In this document: positions 1 through 12,874 of the stretch, one piece after another
Numbering within the stretch: the stretch's first letter is position 1
How the letters are laid out: the number at the start of each line of letters is the position of its first letter
NCBI GenBank assembly: GCA_964016885.1
Contig: OZ024763.1
Location: 21,638,001 to 21,702,000 of the forward strand
Source of the DNA: Eledone cirrhosa
Taxonomy: Eukaryota
Reading direction: 5' to 3'
Length of the DNA: 64,000 nucleotides
Program-made: the position numbers and the translations under genes
The notes under the pieces: generated by a model
What the model was told of the DNA's origin: nothing
Database searches by the model: none
The model's input: only the letters and a program-made list of their open reading frames with translations

Positions 1-21
1 AACAAGTTCCTTATTGATAAG

Positions 22-96
22 GCTGCGATACATATTTCAATGATGACAGTGGCCTCGCAATTTCGCTTAACCAGTGCCCTGATCTCATCAGACAGC
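22..96 (-). ncRNA. Type I hammerhead ribozyme-like motif with long stem II (probable PLE relic)
   Basis: Minus strand: gctgt-CTGATGA-gat...(ggcactgg/ccactgtc)...att-GAAA-tatgta-TC-gcagc; stem I gctgt/gcagc, short near-palindromic stem III, AUC cleavage triplet. Confidence 0.5.
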
Positions 97-221
97 TTCA
101 TTACATAATAAAGTTACGTTCTCGAGGCAATCCAAAATTGGAAAAAGTGTTTTCAGAGACAAATAACAGGTCAATTCATATGTATATATGTATGTATATA
201 TATATATATATATATATATAC

Positions 222-256
<35 letters not shown>

Positions 257-410
257 AGGAATTTCATCATTTTCCTATGAGAAGTAGCTTATATAAGTTT
301 CTTCAATGTAAATAATGCTGTAATGTTCCAAACTCTTTACATTCTCTTTCATTTCTGACAAGAACCATTCAGCTATGAAATTCAATTGCTACATATATAT
401 ATGTGTGTGC

Positions 411-451
<41 letters not shown>

Positions 452-477
452 CGTGTGTGTATATATATATATATATA

Positions 478-578
478 CAGAGTGTCCCCCAAAAAATATA
501 TACACACTTTGATTACCTGTACAGGCAATGTTTATTAGAATTCTGTTGAAGTGTGTATACATTTTTTGGGATGCCGTG
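478..578. mobile_element. Tc1/mariner-type MITE
   Basis: TA-flanked imperfect TIRs CAGAGTGTCCCCCAAAAAATATATACACACTT / AAGTGTGTATACATTTTTTGGGATGCCGTG; partial reverse copy at ~59154-59238. Confidence 0.65.
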
Positions 579-926
579 TATATATATATATATATTCAGT
601 TATTTAAGCACTATAAAGAGCCTGAAGTTGTTCTGGGCTTACATCTAAACAACTAAACCGTAATCTTTTACAATAGAACTTCACAGCTTGCATCATACAA
701 ACTATCTGATGTTTTTATATAACTTCTAAATACACTCTGATTTCATTTTGTTTCAATGAATTTCATGGCTATAAAACTAAATAGGACATTGCATCTGGTG
801 TGTTTCAGTATAGTTTGTTTCACCAGAGAACATCTTGAAATTTTTATATGTCTTTAATCTTTTACCGTACTTTCCGTCTGGATCTCTTGAATATATTTAT
901 ACACACACACACACACATATATATAT

Positions 927-1100
927 GTAAAAGGTAAACAGAAATAACAACACAATCGGTACAGTAATATGGAAGGGATATATTAGGTTAACGCTTGAAA
1001 TAACAGGAAGAGGGTCTTAACGTTTCGGGCGCTAGTCCTTCATCAGAAGAAAGAACGAGAAATAAGATAGATTGGAGTTGGAAAAAATGTCTTTAGATGA
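927..1100 (-). mobile_element. PLE-like terminal fragment (family B) containing a minimal hammerhead
   Basis: Sequence aaaggtaaacagaaataacaac...atggaagg recurs at ~39831, ~40456 and reversed at ~44850-44932, always next to (TA)n. Confidence 0.55.
1015..1050 (-). ncRNA. Minimal hammerhead ribozyme motif
   Basis: tctt-CTGATGA-a-gg-actagcgc-cc-GAAACGTT-aaga; stem I tctt/aaga, palindromic AACGTT stem III as in PLE minimal/dimeric hammerheads. Confidence 0.6.
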
Positions 1101-1215
1101 AAAATAACAGCTCCATTCATGTTGACATCTCTTGCAAAACTGTTGGTGCTGGAGTTTTGTGTATGATATATTTTTTAGAAAAGTGGATGATGATGGAGGT
1201 GTGTATATATATATA

Positions 1216-1743
1216 TCATCATCATCATCGTTTAACGTCCATGTTCCACACTTGCATGGGTTTGGACGGGAGTTTTCCCACTTGAGGCAAGAGTGGTTGT
1301 CTTGCTCGCATAGGACTGTCTGGCGGGTTTTCTACAGCTGGATGCCCTTCCTAACACCAACCACATTTACAGTGTGGGTCTGGGAGGTTTTTACCGTGTT
1401 GCCTACACGGTCACATTACAGCGTGGACTGTCTGGCGGGTTTTCTACAGCTGGATGCCCTTCCTAACACCAACCACATTTACAGTGTGGGTCTGGGAGGT
1501 TTTTACCGTGTTGCCTACACGGCCACATTACAGCGTGGACTGTGTGTTTTTTTGTCGTGACACCTACACAACCTCATTTGTTTCGGCCTGGATTTTGTGG
1601 CACCAACATAACTTTATATTGAAAGGGGCGGTGTGGATGGGGTGGGGGTGGTGGGACGGGGGTGTATTTTGTTAGAGATGCCTACTGACTGTAGTAGGTT
1701 TTACTTTGTATTTAGGTAAGGCGGGTCTTCTCTATTACTGAGT

Positions 1744-1748
<5 letters not shown>
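1216..1748 (-). mobile_element. 5'-truncated RTE-clade LINE 3' end with internal 114-bp duplication
   Basis: Ends in ...ggacgttaaacgatgatgat tail; near-identical to 13668-14155, 33672-33928 and 39896-40390. Confidence 0.7.
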
Positions 1749-1780
<32 letters not shown>

Positions 1781-1781
<1 letters not shown>

Positions 1782-1945
1782 CGAAGGAAGTGTGGTAAGA
1801 TACCAGGTGGACCATAACACACCAGAGTACTGGATACTTAGGGGAGTAGAGTGGGTAATAGGAAAAGAGACAGGACCCCGACGGCTGAGCTCCAGCCATT
1901 TCGACAGATAGATCCGGCGGACTCCGGATCTAAATTTCCTTATTT
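1781..1945 (-). mobile_element. Family A (TA)n-inserted element, single arm plus tail
   Basis: Matches hairpin copies at 33398, 34470, 44357, 58134, 59434 and 59987. Confidence 0.6.
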
Positions 1946-2242
1946 TTTAATATATACACTCTGCCTGTGTCTAGAGTGCTTGTTTTTGGTACCACCAGTA
2001 ATTCACTAAATCATCTGCACTTTATTGATATATATCTAACCCACGTAAGCATGGAAAAATGGATATTAAATGGTGATGATGATGATGATGATATATATAT
2101 ATTACAATGGTGTGGATGCAGGATTCATTGGTTGAGTCCAACTCAAGCCATGTTGGGTGAAAGCCAGAATGTATGGTCCTGTAACTCCCCATAGAGTCAT
2201 AGGGGCGCCTTATTGACATACACTGTTTCTGGGGCATTTTAA

Positions 2243-2612
2243 GCCTGGTGGAGCCCACCCCTCTCCAGGCCTGACCTGGTGGAACCCATCCCTCTCCAGG
2301 CCTCACCTGGTGGAGCCCATCCCTCTCCAGGCCTCACCTGGTGGAGCCCATCCCTCTCCAGGCCTCACCTGGTGGAGCCCACCCCTCTCCAGGCCTCACC
2401 TGGTGGAGCCCATCCCTCTCCAGGCCTCACCTGGTGGAGCCCACCCCTCTCCAGGCCTGACCTGGTGGAGCCCACCCCTCTCCAGGCCTCACCTGGTGGA
2501 GCCCATCCCTCTGCAGGCCTGACCTGGTGGAGCCCACCCCTCTCCAGGCCTGACCTGGTGGAGCCCACCCCTCTCCAGGCCTCACCTGGTGGAGCCCACC
2601 CCTCTCCAGGCC
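2243..2612. repeat. 31-bp GC-rich minisatellite (~12 units)
   Basis: Unit AGGCCTCACCTGGTGGAGCCCAYCCCTCTCC. Confidence 0.9.
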
Positions 2613-3604
2613 TAAGTACAGCAGATTTCTTCTAGAGAGTGAGAGAGAGTGAGAGAGAGTGAGAGAGAGGAAATCAGAAAGAGATATAGAGGAAGAATCG
2701 ACCCCAGTACTAGACTGGTACTTTTTTTTTATCGACCTTGAAAGGATGAAAGGCAAAGTTAGTTGACCTGAGCAGGATTTGAACTGAGAGAGCAGAGAGC
2801 CAGAACAAATACCATAAAGCATTCTATCCGAAGTTCTAATGATTCTGCCAATTTGCTGCCAATTCAAGTAAATAAAGGTTAGAGTCCCCTGTTGAATGGC
2901 TTCAAACATTGACTGGCGACAGTTATGCTATATTCCCCTCCATCAATCCAAACACAGATCACTCAGCAATACAATTGTTTTGTTGTTTTGGCAGATATTT
3001 TTTAATGTTTAGATTGAATAATATTCCAGTCTCTAGTCTATGAAAACAGGAAAAAATTGTTATAATATTTTAAGACAAAAAAAAAAAACAACAAATAATA
3101 AAATGGTTTAATCACATAGAATCGTTTAGATTTGCAATTGTGAAAAAGCAAAAAGCAAAATGATAAATGACCAAAAATAATTATTAAAAAATGGAAAATT
3201 CGAGAAATTATTCTTTATTTAGTAATGATCTCAGAAATGATATATAATATATTTTTTCTCTCTTCCATAATTCTATAAAAGACATCTTTGGTTTGTTGTC
3301 TTTTCTTCTGTCCAATAATTGCTATAGAAATATTGAAATTACTGGGAGAGGGTGGGAGAGAGAAAGGAAATAGGGGTAGGTGGAAGGAAGGGATAGATAG
3401 ACAGACATCAGAGAAAGTCAGGGGGACAGGGGTAAGTGGGGCAGATAATGGAACCCTTTTGTTTTTTTTTTAAAAGGGTCTTTAATGAGAAGACACAACA
3501 TAAAGATAAATATAAATAGGGGTTCTAATGTGTACAGATTCATTGGAATATTCTTTGGGAAAAACAAAAATAATAATGTTGATATTAAACTGGTGTCTAT
3601 TTTT

Positions 3605-4548
3605 GGTAATGGTGGTGGTGGTGATGGTGGTGCTGGTGGTGGTATGGGGTAATGGTGGTGGTGGTTGGTAGTGGTGAGGTGGTGATGGTGATGATGGCGG
3701 TGTTGGTGATGGTGGTGGTGGTTGTTAGTGGTGGTTGTGGTGGTGGTGACTGGTGGTATGAGGTGGTGGTGGTGGTTGTGGTGGTTGTGACTGTTGGTAT
3801 GAGGTGGTGGTGGTGATGGTGGTGGTGGTGGTTTTCAGGGTAGTGTTGGTAATGGTGGTGATTGTTGTTGGTGATTGGTGGTGGTGGTAGTGGTAGGGTG
3901 GTGTATTGGTGGTGGTGGTAGTGGTACGGTGGGGTATTGGTGGCAGTGGTGGTATTGGTGGTAGCAGTTGGGTGGGGTGGGGTATTGGTGGTAGTGGTAG
4001 GGTGGGTATTGGTGGTAGCAGTAGGGTGGGGTGGGGTATTGGTGGTATTGGTGGTGTGGTAGGGTGGGGAGGGGTATTGGTGATGGCACAGGTGGGGTGT
4101 GGGGCTGAATATAATGGAGAAATACTTTCATGAAGATACTTGAAATTCCTTAATATAATACCCCAAAAATGTTAATTTAATTTTGCATACTTCTCTGCTC
4201 ATCTCTCTCTCTCTCTCTCACCACCACCACCTCTCTCTCTTTCTCTGTCTCTCACTCTCTCTTTCTCTGTCTCTCTTCCTTTCTCTCTCTCATATCTCTT
4301 TCTCTCCACTTCTCTTTCTATCTCTCTCCTACCCTTTCTCTCTCTCTCTCTCTCTCCTACCCTTTCTCTTTCTCTCTTTCCCTGTCTTCAACTTTTTCTA
4401 TTTCTCTCTATTTCCCTCTCTGTCACCCTTTGTGTCTCTTTTTCTCCCCTACCTTTCTATTTATCCTTTCTCTTGTTCTCTCTCCTCTATCTTTTCTCTT
4501 GTTATCTCTCCTCTACCCCCCCCTCCCTTATCCCCCCTCCCTCTCTCA
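3605..4548. repeat. (GGT)n-rich then (CT)n-rich low-complexity tracts
   Basis: Direct inspection. Confidence 0.85.
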
Positions 4549-4714
4549 TGAAGGTGACAGAGTGGAAGTTAACAATGAAGTGAATTAAGGCACAAGATAT
4601 TTCACAGCCCTCAACATCATTGGAAATCCTTCTAAAGTTAACTCAATTGTTTAATTCTACTTTAAACCCCTTTGATTCCGAACTGCCCCGAACCAGCCCC
4701 TAGCTTTAAAACAT

Positions 4715-5340
4715 AAAATTATTTGCTTTAAAGTGTTTATATTTATCTAAAAACCTCTCATCATACATTTATATAAGAACCTTTGTTAAGTTATGTTCCA
4801 AACACGCCAGGTTTTATGATACAAAATTATTTGCTTTAAGGAGTTTAAATTTATCTAGAAACCTCTCATCATAAATTTATGTAAGAACCTTTATTAAGTT
4901 ATGTTCCAAACATGCCAGGTTTTATGATACAAAATTATTTGCTTTAAGGTGTTTAAATTTATCTAGAAACCTCTCATCATAAATTTATGTAAGAACCTTT
5001 GTTAAGTTATGTTCCAAACAGCGCTGGTTCTATGATACAAAAGTATTTGCTTTAAAGTGTTTATATTTATCTAAAAACCTTTCATCATAAATTTATGTAA
5101 GAACCTTTGTTAAGTTATGTTCCAACACCCCTGGTTCTATGATACAAAACTACAGCGGAACCCAGGTTCATGAACAATTTAAAGTGTTTATGTTTAACTA
5201 AAAACCTTCCATCATAATTTTATGTAAAAACCTTTAAGTTATTTTCCAAAATGCCTTAGCTTTATGATATAAAATTATTTGCTGTAAGGTGTTTAAATTT
5301 ATCTAAAAACCTTCCATCATCATTTTTTGTAAGAGCCTTT
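4715..5340. repeat. ~110-bp tandem repeat related to piggyBac-like MITE internal sequence
   Basis: Unit ...tatgatacaaaattatttgctttaaagtgtttatatttatctaaaaacctctcatcataaatttatgtaagaacctttgttaagttatgttccaaac...; similar to 13015-13110. Confidence 0.7.
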
Positions 5341-5639
5341 GTTATCATCATCATCACCACCAATACTACCACCGTCATCATCGTTATCATCACTTCCTCC
5401 ACCTTCACGACCACCACCATCATCATCACTGCCACCACCAACACCACCACCAACACTACCACCACCACCACCACCACCATCACCACATCATCACCATCGC
5501 CACCACCACCATCATCATCACCATCATGACCACCACCACCACCACCACCACCATCATCATCATTATCAAATTGATCATTTCTGAAACGGTACCCAGTAAA
5601 AGATGGCAGCAAGACATGGTTGGGTCATAATATATATAT

Positions 5640-5927
5640 ATGAGAATTAGAACCCTGTAACCATTAAGCTCTAAGTATAAAGTACAAATAAATACTGAGC
5701 CGATTAACAATATATAGTAAGAAACACAGTAAACCGTGTGTCTAAAATTACAAGGGTTGAAAAACCACATATGCTTGAAATATTTAACCAAGAAACAGAC
5801 AGAATGACAAAATGAAAATAAAAATATTGTCATTCTGTCTGTTTCTTGGTTAAATATTTCAAGCATATGTGGTTTTTCAACCCTTGTAATTTTAGACACA
5901 CGGTTTACTGTGTTTCTTACTATATAT
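5640..5927. mobile_element. Asymmetric hairpin element: ~100-bp perfect inverted repeat (5710-5927) with extra tail on the left
   Basis: Arms atatagtaagaaacacag...cagaatgacaa / ttgtcattctg...gtttcttactatat; related copy at ~56900-57281. Confidence 0.7.
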
Positions 5928-5985
5928 TATATATATATATATATTTATATGTGACCTAACCATGGGTCATATATATATATATATA

Positions 5986-6360
5986 TGGCTTAGTGGTTAG
6001 AGCATTGGCCTTGCAATCGAAAGGTTGTGAGTTCAATTCTCAGACCGGGTGATGTGTTGTTTCCTTGAGCAAGACACTTTATTTCACATTGCTCCAGTTT
6101 ACTCAGCTGTAGAAATGAGATGATAGGACTGGGGTCCATATCATTCCACTGCAAAGTGGTCGTGGAGGTGCCACGGCAAAAAAGCACCCAGTCCACACTG
6201 TAGAGTGGATGTGTAGGCGCCACAGAAAAAAAAAAAAAGCGCCCAGCACTCACTGTAAATAAGGTTGGTGTTAGGAAGGGCATCCAGCTGTAGAAATCAA
6301 GCCAGAATCAGTTCCCATCCCACCCTTGTAAGCAGGCAAAAGTGGACGTAAAATTATGAT
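5986..6360 (+). mobile_element. tRNA-headed SINE with CORE-like block and RTE-type 3' tail
   Basis: Box A TGGCTTAGTGG, box B GAGTTCAATTC, ccttgagcaagacacttt block, ggttggtgttaggaagggcatccagc, ggacgtaaaattatgat tail; copies at 57454-57772, 59585-59892, head at 45210-45320. Confidence 0.75.
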
Positions 6361-6395
6361 ATATATATATGTTGGGCTGATCAATATAAAGGAAA

Positions 6396-6475
6396 TTAAT
6401 TGTCTGTCTTCCTTAGAGCCTGCAAACAGTTGTTAAAAATAATCCTAAACATTTGGCTGACTTGCGTTAAGCTTG
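6396..6475 (-). CDS. Candidate last coding exon of unrecognised host gene ((A)SLTQVSQMFRIIFNNCLQALRKTDN*)
   Basis: Acceptor tgttctgcttccag, phase 1 start matches exon 11055-11070; could instead splice internally (GTCAGC or GTTTGC). Confidence 0.4.
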
Positions 6476-6584
6476 CTGGAAGCAGAACATTTTTCATAAA
6501 TAAAAAATCAATATAAATAAATAAATAAATTAATAAATAAACTGGAAGAATTGTATTGATTTTGAAGAAGAAAGAACAATATGT

Positions 6585-6602
6585 AAATATAAATATATAT
6601 AT

Positions 6603-6662
<60 letters not shown>

Positions 6663-6800
6663 TTGTGTAGGTATGTATGTGTTTGTGTAGGTATGTATGT
6701 GTGTGTGTATTATATATATATATATAGTATAGGTATTGTTATATTAGTTTACTAAATGTATGTATATGTGTGTATATATATATATATGTATATATACATG

Positions 6801-6855
<55 letters not shown>

Positions 6856-7201
6856 GTATATGTATATATATGTATGTATATGCTAGCGTGGAAGATGGAC
6901 ATTAAACGAAGATGATGATGATCAATATACATACATATATACATACATATATATATGTATGTATATACATATATATATACATATATATGTACATATATAT
7001 GTATATATATACATATATATATATATATATGTATGTATATATATATGTATATATAAATATATATGTATATATATATATGTATGTGTATATATATATGTAT
7101 ATATAAATATATATGTATATATATATATGTATGTGTATATATATATGTATATATAAATATATATGTATGTATATATATATATATGTATGTATATATATAT
7201 G

Positions 7202-7248
<47 letters not shown>

Positions 7249-7349
7249 ATATATATATGTATATATGTATGTATATATATATATGTATATATGTATGTAT
7301 ATATATATATGTATATATGTATGTATATATATATATGTATATATGTATG

Positions 7350-7380
<31 letters not shown>

Positions 7381-7677
7381 GTATGTATATATATATATAT
7401 GTATATATATATGTATGTATATATGTATATATATATATATATATGTATGTATATATGTATATATATATATGTATATATATATATGTATATATATGTGTGT
7501 ATATATTTACTAAATATATATATGTGTATATATGTATATGTATATATGTATATATATGTATATATGTATATATATATATATGTGTATATATTTACTATAT
7601 ATATATGTATGTGTATATATTTACTATATATATATGTATATATATATATGTATATATATATGTGTGTATATATTTAC

Positions 7678-7708
<31 letters not shown>

Positions 7709-7779
7709 GTATATATATATATGTATATATATATATGTGTGTATATATTTACTATATATATATATAAAATATCTGATAG

Positions 7780-7829
<50 letters not shown>

Positions 7830-7835
7830 ATGTAT
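6585..7835. repeat. Compound (TA)n/(TATG)n microsatellite field
   Basis: Direct inspection; similar fields at 9100-10560, 17560-18050, 51870-52740, 54315-54905, 60186-60720, 60940-61640. Confidence 0.95.
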
Positions 7836-8149
7836 AATAGTAAAATATAAGAACAAAGAAAAAAAAGAACAGCTTTTACTGAAAAAGAGATCTGCATTGT
7901 TTACATGTGTGCATGTGTATGTGCATGTATGTGTGTATGTGTATGTGTATGTATGTGTGGGTTTGTATGTGTATGTGCATGTATGTGTGGGTGTGTATGT
8001 GTATGTGCAAGTATGTGTGGGTTTGTATGTGTATGTGCAAGTGTGTGTCTGTATGCGAGTGTGTTTATGTGTACATGAATGTCCAAGAATGTTTATATGC
8101 ACATGTATATGCATGTGTGTCTGTATTACATGTAGGAGTGTATATACAT

Positions 8150-9082
8150 GTATATGCATGTGTGTATGTACTTGTATATACATGTGTGTGTGTACTTGTA
8201 TATACATGTGTGTATGTACTTGTATATGCATGTGTGTGTGTACTTGTATATACATGTTTGTGTGTACTTGTATATACATGTTTGTGTGTACTTGTATATG
8301 CATGTTTGTGTGTACTTGTATATACATGTGTGTATGTACTTGTATATGCATGTCTGTGTGTACTTGTATATACATGTGTGTATGTACTTGTATATACATG
8401 TGTGTGTACTTGTATATACATGTTTGTGTACTTGTATATACATGTTTGTGTGTACTTGTATATACATGTTTGTGTATACTTGTATATACATGTGTGTGTA
8501 CTTGTATATACATGTGTGTGTGTACTTGTATATACATGTTTGTGTGTACTTGTATATACATGTGTGTATGTACTTGTATATACATGTATGTATGTACTTG
8601 TATATGCATGTGTGTATGTACTTGTATATACATGTTTGTGTGTACTTGTATATACATGTTTGTATGTACTTGTATATGCATGTGTGTATGTACTTGTATA
8701 TACATGTGTGTATGTACTTGTATATACATGTGTGTATGTACTTGTATATACATGTGTGTATGTACTTGTATATGCACGTGTGTATGTACTTGTATATACA
8801 TGTGTGTGTGTATTTGTATATACATGTGTGTGTGTACTTGTATATACATGTCTGTATGTACTTGTATATGCATGTGTGTATGTACTTGTATATACATGTG
8901 TGTATGTACTTGTATATGCACGTGTGTATGTACTTGTATATACATGTGTGTGTGTATTTGTATATACATGTTTGTGTGTACTTGTATATGCATGTGTGTG
9001 TGTACTTGTATATACATGTGTGTATGTACTTGTATATACATGTTTGTGTGTACTTGTATATGCATGTGTGTATGTACTTGTA
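8150..9082. repeat. 22-bp minisatellite (TGTGTRTGTACTTGTATATRCA), ~42 units
   Basis: Regular GTACTTGTATA core every 20-22 bp. Confidence 0.9.
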
Positions 9083-9801
9083 TGTGTATGAACATGTATG
9101 AACCTGCAAGTGTATCTGTATGTGTATGTATGTGCAAATGTGTCTTTATGTACATGTATGTGCATTTATGTGTACATGCATGTGTTTGTGTGCATATGTA
9201 CATGTATGTATGTGAATGTGTGTCTGTATAGATGCAAGAGTGTCTGCATATATCTATATGTATATGTGTGTCTGTGTCTCTATATGTATGTGTGCATATA
9301 ACATGTATATGTATGTGTCTACATGTGTACTACATGTGTATACATGTATATGTATGTGTCTACATGTATGTATATGTATGAGTCTACATGTATGTATATG
9401 TTTTCTTGCAACGATGTATATACATGTATATGTAAGTGTCTACATGTACATGTATGTATATGTGTGTCTGTGTCTCTATATGTATGTGTCTACATATACA
9501 TGTATGTATATGTGTTTTCTTGCAACGATGTATGTATGTACACATATGTGCATGTCTGTCTGTACAGGGATGTGTGTGTATGTGTTTCTCTATGTGCAAG
9601 TATGTGTTTATGTACATATATATATATATGTGTGTGTGTATATTGTAAACGTATGTACAATTGTTTCAGTATGTACATGCTAGTGTGTCTGTATGTACAC
9701 ATATATGTACGTATGTGTGAATCTACATGTGTATATATATGTGTGTCTATATGTATGTGTATATATATGTGGGTTCTGCTTAGTTGCCAGTATGTATCTA
9801 C

Positions 9802-9875
<74 letters not shown>

Positions 9876-10024
9876 TTCTATATGTACATGTATGTATATG
9901 TGTTTTCATGCAAGGACATCTCTATGTATATATATATATATATGTGTGTGTATGTGTATATATATATACATATGTGTGTGTGTTTCTATATACATGAATA
10001 TATATGTGTTTACTTGCAAAGATG

Positions 10025-10066
<42 letters not shown>

Positions 10067-10072
<6 letters not shown>

Positions 10073-10258
10073 TGTAATAAACAACATAAGATAATTATTT
10101 CATTTACCAGTGGTTTCTTGAAAGCAACCAAAATTGCTTTCATTCATCAGAATGAAATGAAATAATTATCTTATGTTGTTTATTACATAACTATTAAGCT
10201 CTGTAACCTACATAGAGCACTCTTTTTTCCTGGACCTTTCCGACGGAATCACTTCATT

Positions 10259-10260
<2 letters not shown>
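10067..10260. mobile_element. Asymmetric hairpin element with a hammerhead in the loop (PLE-like)
   Basis: 38-bp arms tagttatgtaataaacaacataagataattatttcatt / reverse complement; right arm has ~65-bp extra tail. Confidence 0.7.
10097..10158 (-). ncRNA. Type I hammerhead ribozyme motif
   Basis: atttcatt-CTGATGA-a-tgaaagcaa-ttttgg-ttgctttca-a-GAAA-ccactgg-TA-aatgaaat; 8-bp stem I, 9-bp stem II (A:A at its base), GUA triplet. Confidence 0.7.
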
Positions 10261-10289
<29 letters not shown>

Positions 10290-10369
10290 GTGTGTGTGTT
10301 TCTATATACACATGTCTATATATATGTGTTCTTGCAAGGATGTCTGTATGTATATATGTTTATATATAT

Positions 10370-10431
<62 letters not shown>

Positions 10432-10462
10432 GTTTATATATATGTATATATATGTTTATATA

Positions 10463-10505
<43 letters not shown>

Positions 10506-11054
10506 GTTTCTATATGTACATATATATGCATGTGGGTTCTGCATAGTTGCCAGTATGCAAGTGTATCTGCATCTACATGTGTAGACATGCAAGTATTTCA
10601 GTATGTATGCATATGTGCATGTGGGTTCTGCTTAGTAGTCACTATGACTGACTATGAAAAACAATTCAGTCAGCAAAGGGTGAATATATTTAAGGCTGTT
10701 GTGTCTGAGAATATAGAATACTACAAAGTTTGATTTTTTAACTTCCAATTCCTCTACCACTCCCGGTTTGTTTTCTCTCAAGTTTTTTTTTCTTTTTCTG
10801 TATTTTTTTCGCTTGTTTATTTCGAATGTTATTCATCCTCCGTCTACCTAACCCCACCCCCACCCAATTTTGATGATTCAAAGAATCATTGAAGAAGACT
10901 GTTTAACTATGGTGCTGGTTAGGTATTTGTTTGTTTTGATCTTATTAGGAGAAGTCTGTTCCATTCTTCATCTTTAAATCTATTTTGAAAATATCTCTCT
11001 ACATTTCCAATTGAAAAATGTAGAGATGTTTTTTTTCAATTGAAATAAAGTAAC

Positions 11055-11070
11055 CCATTGCCAGAGTTCT
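11055..11070 (-). CDS. Candidate 16-nt microexon (RTLAM+G)
   Basis: aacag/GTTACT boundaries, phase 0 to 1; acceptor lacks a pyrimidine tract. Confidence 0.3.
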
Positions 11071-11084
11071 CTGTTAACTGTGTC

Positions 11085-11540
11085 TTTGGTGGTGGTGGTG
11101 GTGGTGTTGGTGGTAGTGTTGTTGTTGATGGTGGTGGTATTGGGGGTTGTGTTGTTGTTGTTGTTGGTGGTGGTTTTGTTGTTGTTGTTGTTGGTGGTAG
11201 TGTTTTTGATGGTGTTGGTGTCTTTGGTGGTGTTGTTGTTGTTGGTTGTGTTCCTGTTGTTGTTGTTGTTGTTGTTGTTATTGTTGTTGATGTTTGTTTT
11301 GTGTACATTGTGATTTATCTGTTTGATGTAGTTCACATCTATATACTACAACTACTACTACTATTACTACTATGACCACCACCACTACTACTACTGCTGC
11401 TGGTACTACTACTACTACCCCCACCCCCACCACTACTACTATGACCACCACCACTACTACTACTTCTACTACTAATATGACCACTACTACTACTACTACT
11501 ACTATGACCACCACCACCCCTAGCACTACTACTACTACAG
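11085..11540. repeat. (GTT/GGT)n and (ACT/ACC)n trinucleotide tracts
   Basis: Direct inspection. Confidence 0.85.
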
Positions 11541-11566
11541 TAGTCTGTATTTCTGTATGCATGTAC

Positions 11567-11596
11567 CATGAAGTTGGTAAAAAACAGTTCATTGTG
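11567..11596 (-). CDS. Candidate 30-nt exon (HNELFFTNFM)
   Basis: Acceptor tgtttttgcag, donor GTACAT, phase 0 to 0. Confidence 0.5.
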
Positions 11597-11747
11597 CTGC
11601 AAAAACATGTTTCGATTGATGTACTTTTAAACAAGACATTTCATGTTAGATAACTCCCAATATATTTCTGGCCCTTGGACCCCTAAACAACCTCGTTGTT
11701 TTGTGTTTTTACTGATGTACTTTTAAACACAAGACAGTTCATGTTAA

Positions 11748-11955
11748 CCCTTTATCATTTAAACCAGCCGTATCTGGCCAGAATTCTCTCAACTCTTTCT
11801 ATTCAAACTGGTTGTAACTGGTTGTTCATACTTATGTTAAGGTATTGTTCTCAAAATAACTAATATCAAAATCTCATAGATTCGATATTATGTGAGGTAA
11901 ATCCTTTACCACAAAAATACAATAGTATATATAGAGTAAAGTATTTGCTAAAGGG
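11748..11955. mobile_element. piggyBac-like MITE family 1
   Basis: TTAA-CCCTTTAKCATTT...GCTAAAGGG-TTAA; copies at 16109, 19319, 36919, 42355, ~44945, 50508. Confidence 0.75.
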
Positions 11956-12789
11956 TTAAACAACTTCCAATACAGTTCTGGGCCTTGGAACCCTAAAAGC
12001 CCCAATATTTTATGTTTTGAGTGATGTACTTATAACCCTTTAGCATTCGAACTGGCCATATCTGGCCAGAATTCTCTCACCGCTTTCTGTTCAAACTGGC
12101 TGTAACTGGCCATATCACACATACACACTCACATACTTATACACACACACACACTCACATACTTATACACACACACTCATACACTCACATACACACATTT
12201 ATTCACATACTTACACACATACTCACATACACACACACACACATACACACACACACTCACATACACACACTCATTCAACTACATTCACACATTCACAACA
12301 CTAAGAGACATATATTCACATAGACATTGTCACAAGACTAAGACACACATCCACACACTATCACATACTCTCACACACACACACACACATACTCACATGA
12401 CTAAGACACACACATACATCTAACTGTAATGTTACACTCACACACACCTACACACGCATACTCACATACACACTCACATGACTAAAACACACATATATCT
12501 AACTGTAATGTTACACATTCAAATATACACACACACACATATATCTAACTGTAATGTTACACACTCACACATACCTACACACACACATATACCTACATCT
12601 AACTTTAATGTCACACACTCACACACACTTACACACCCACACACATACTCACATGCTCAAAACACACACATACATCTAACTGTAATGCCACACATTGACA
12701 CACACATACACACACACTCACATACACACTCACTCACTCACATGACTAAAACACACACACAATCTAACTGTAATGTTCTTATTATATAC

Positions 12790-12832
12790 TGGAGATTGAA
12801 TAATTTGTCTTAGTTTTTCTCTCTCTGTCAAG
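12790..12832 (-). CDS. Candidate 43-nt exon ((I)LTEREKLRQIIQSP)
   Basis: ggatttag acceptor, GTATAT donor, phase 2 to 0. Confidence 0.4.
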
Positions 12833-12874
12833 CTAAATCCAGCTAAGTTGTGTAGAAATCAAATCAATAATTAA

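Noticed and set aside
5986-6060. tRNA gene
   Set aside because: A and B boxes present but no proper cloverleaf; it is a SINE head with multiple copies
6744-10733. Long YI/CV/HT-rich ORFs (also 17.4-18.5, 51.8-56.7, 60-61.7 kb)
   Set aside because: Translations of (TA)n/(TG)n repeats, open in most frames
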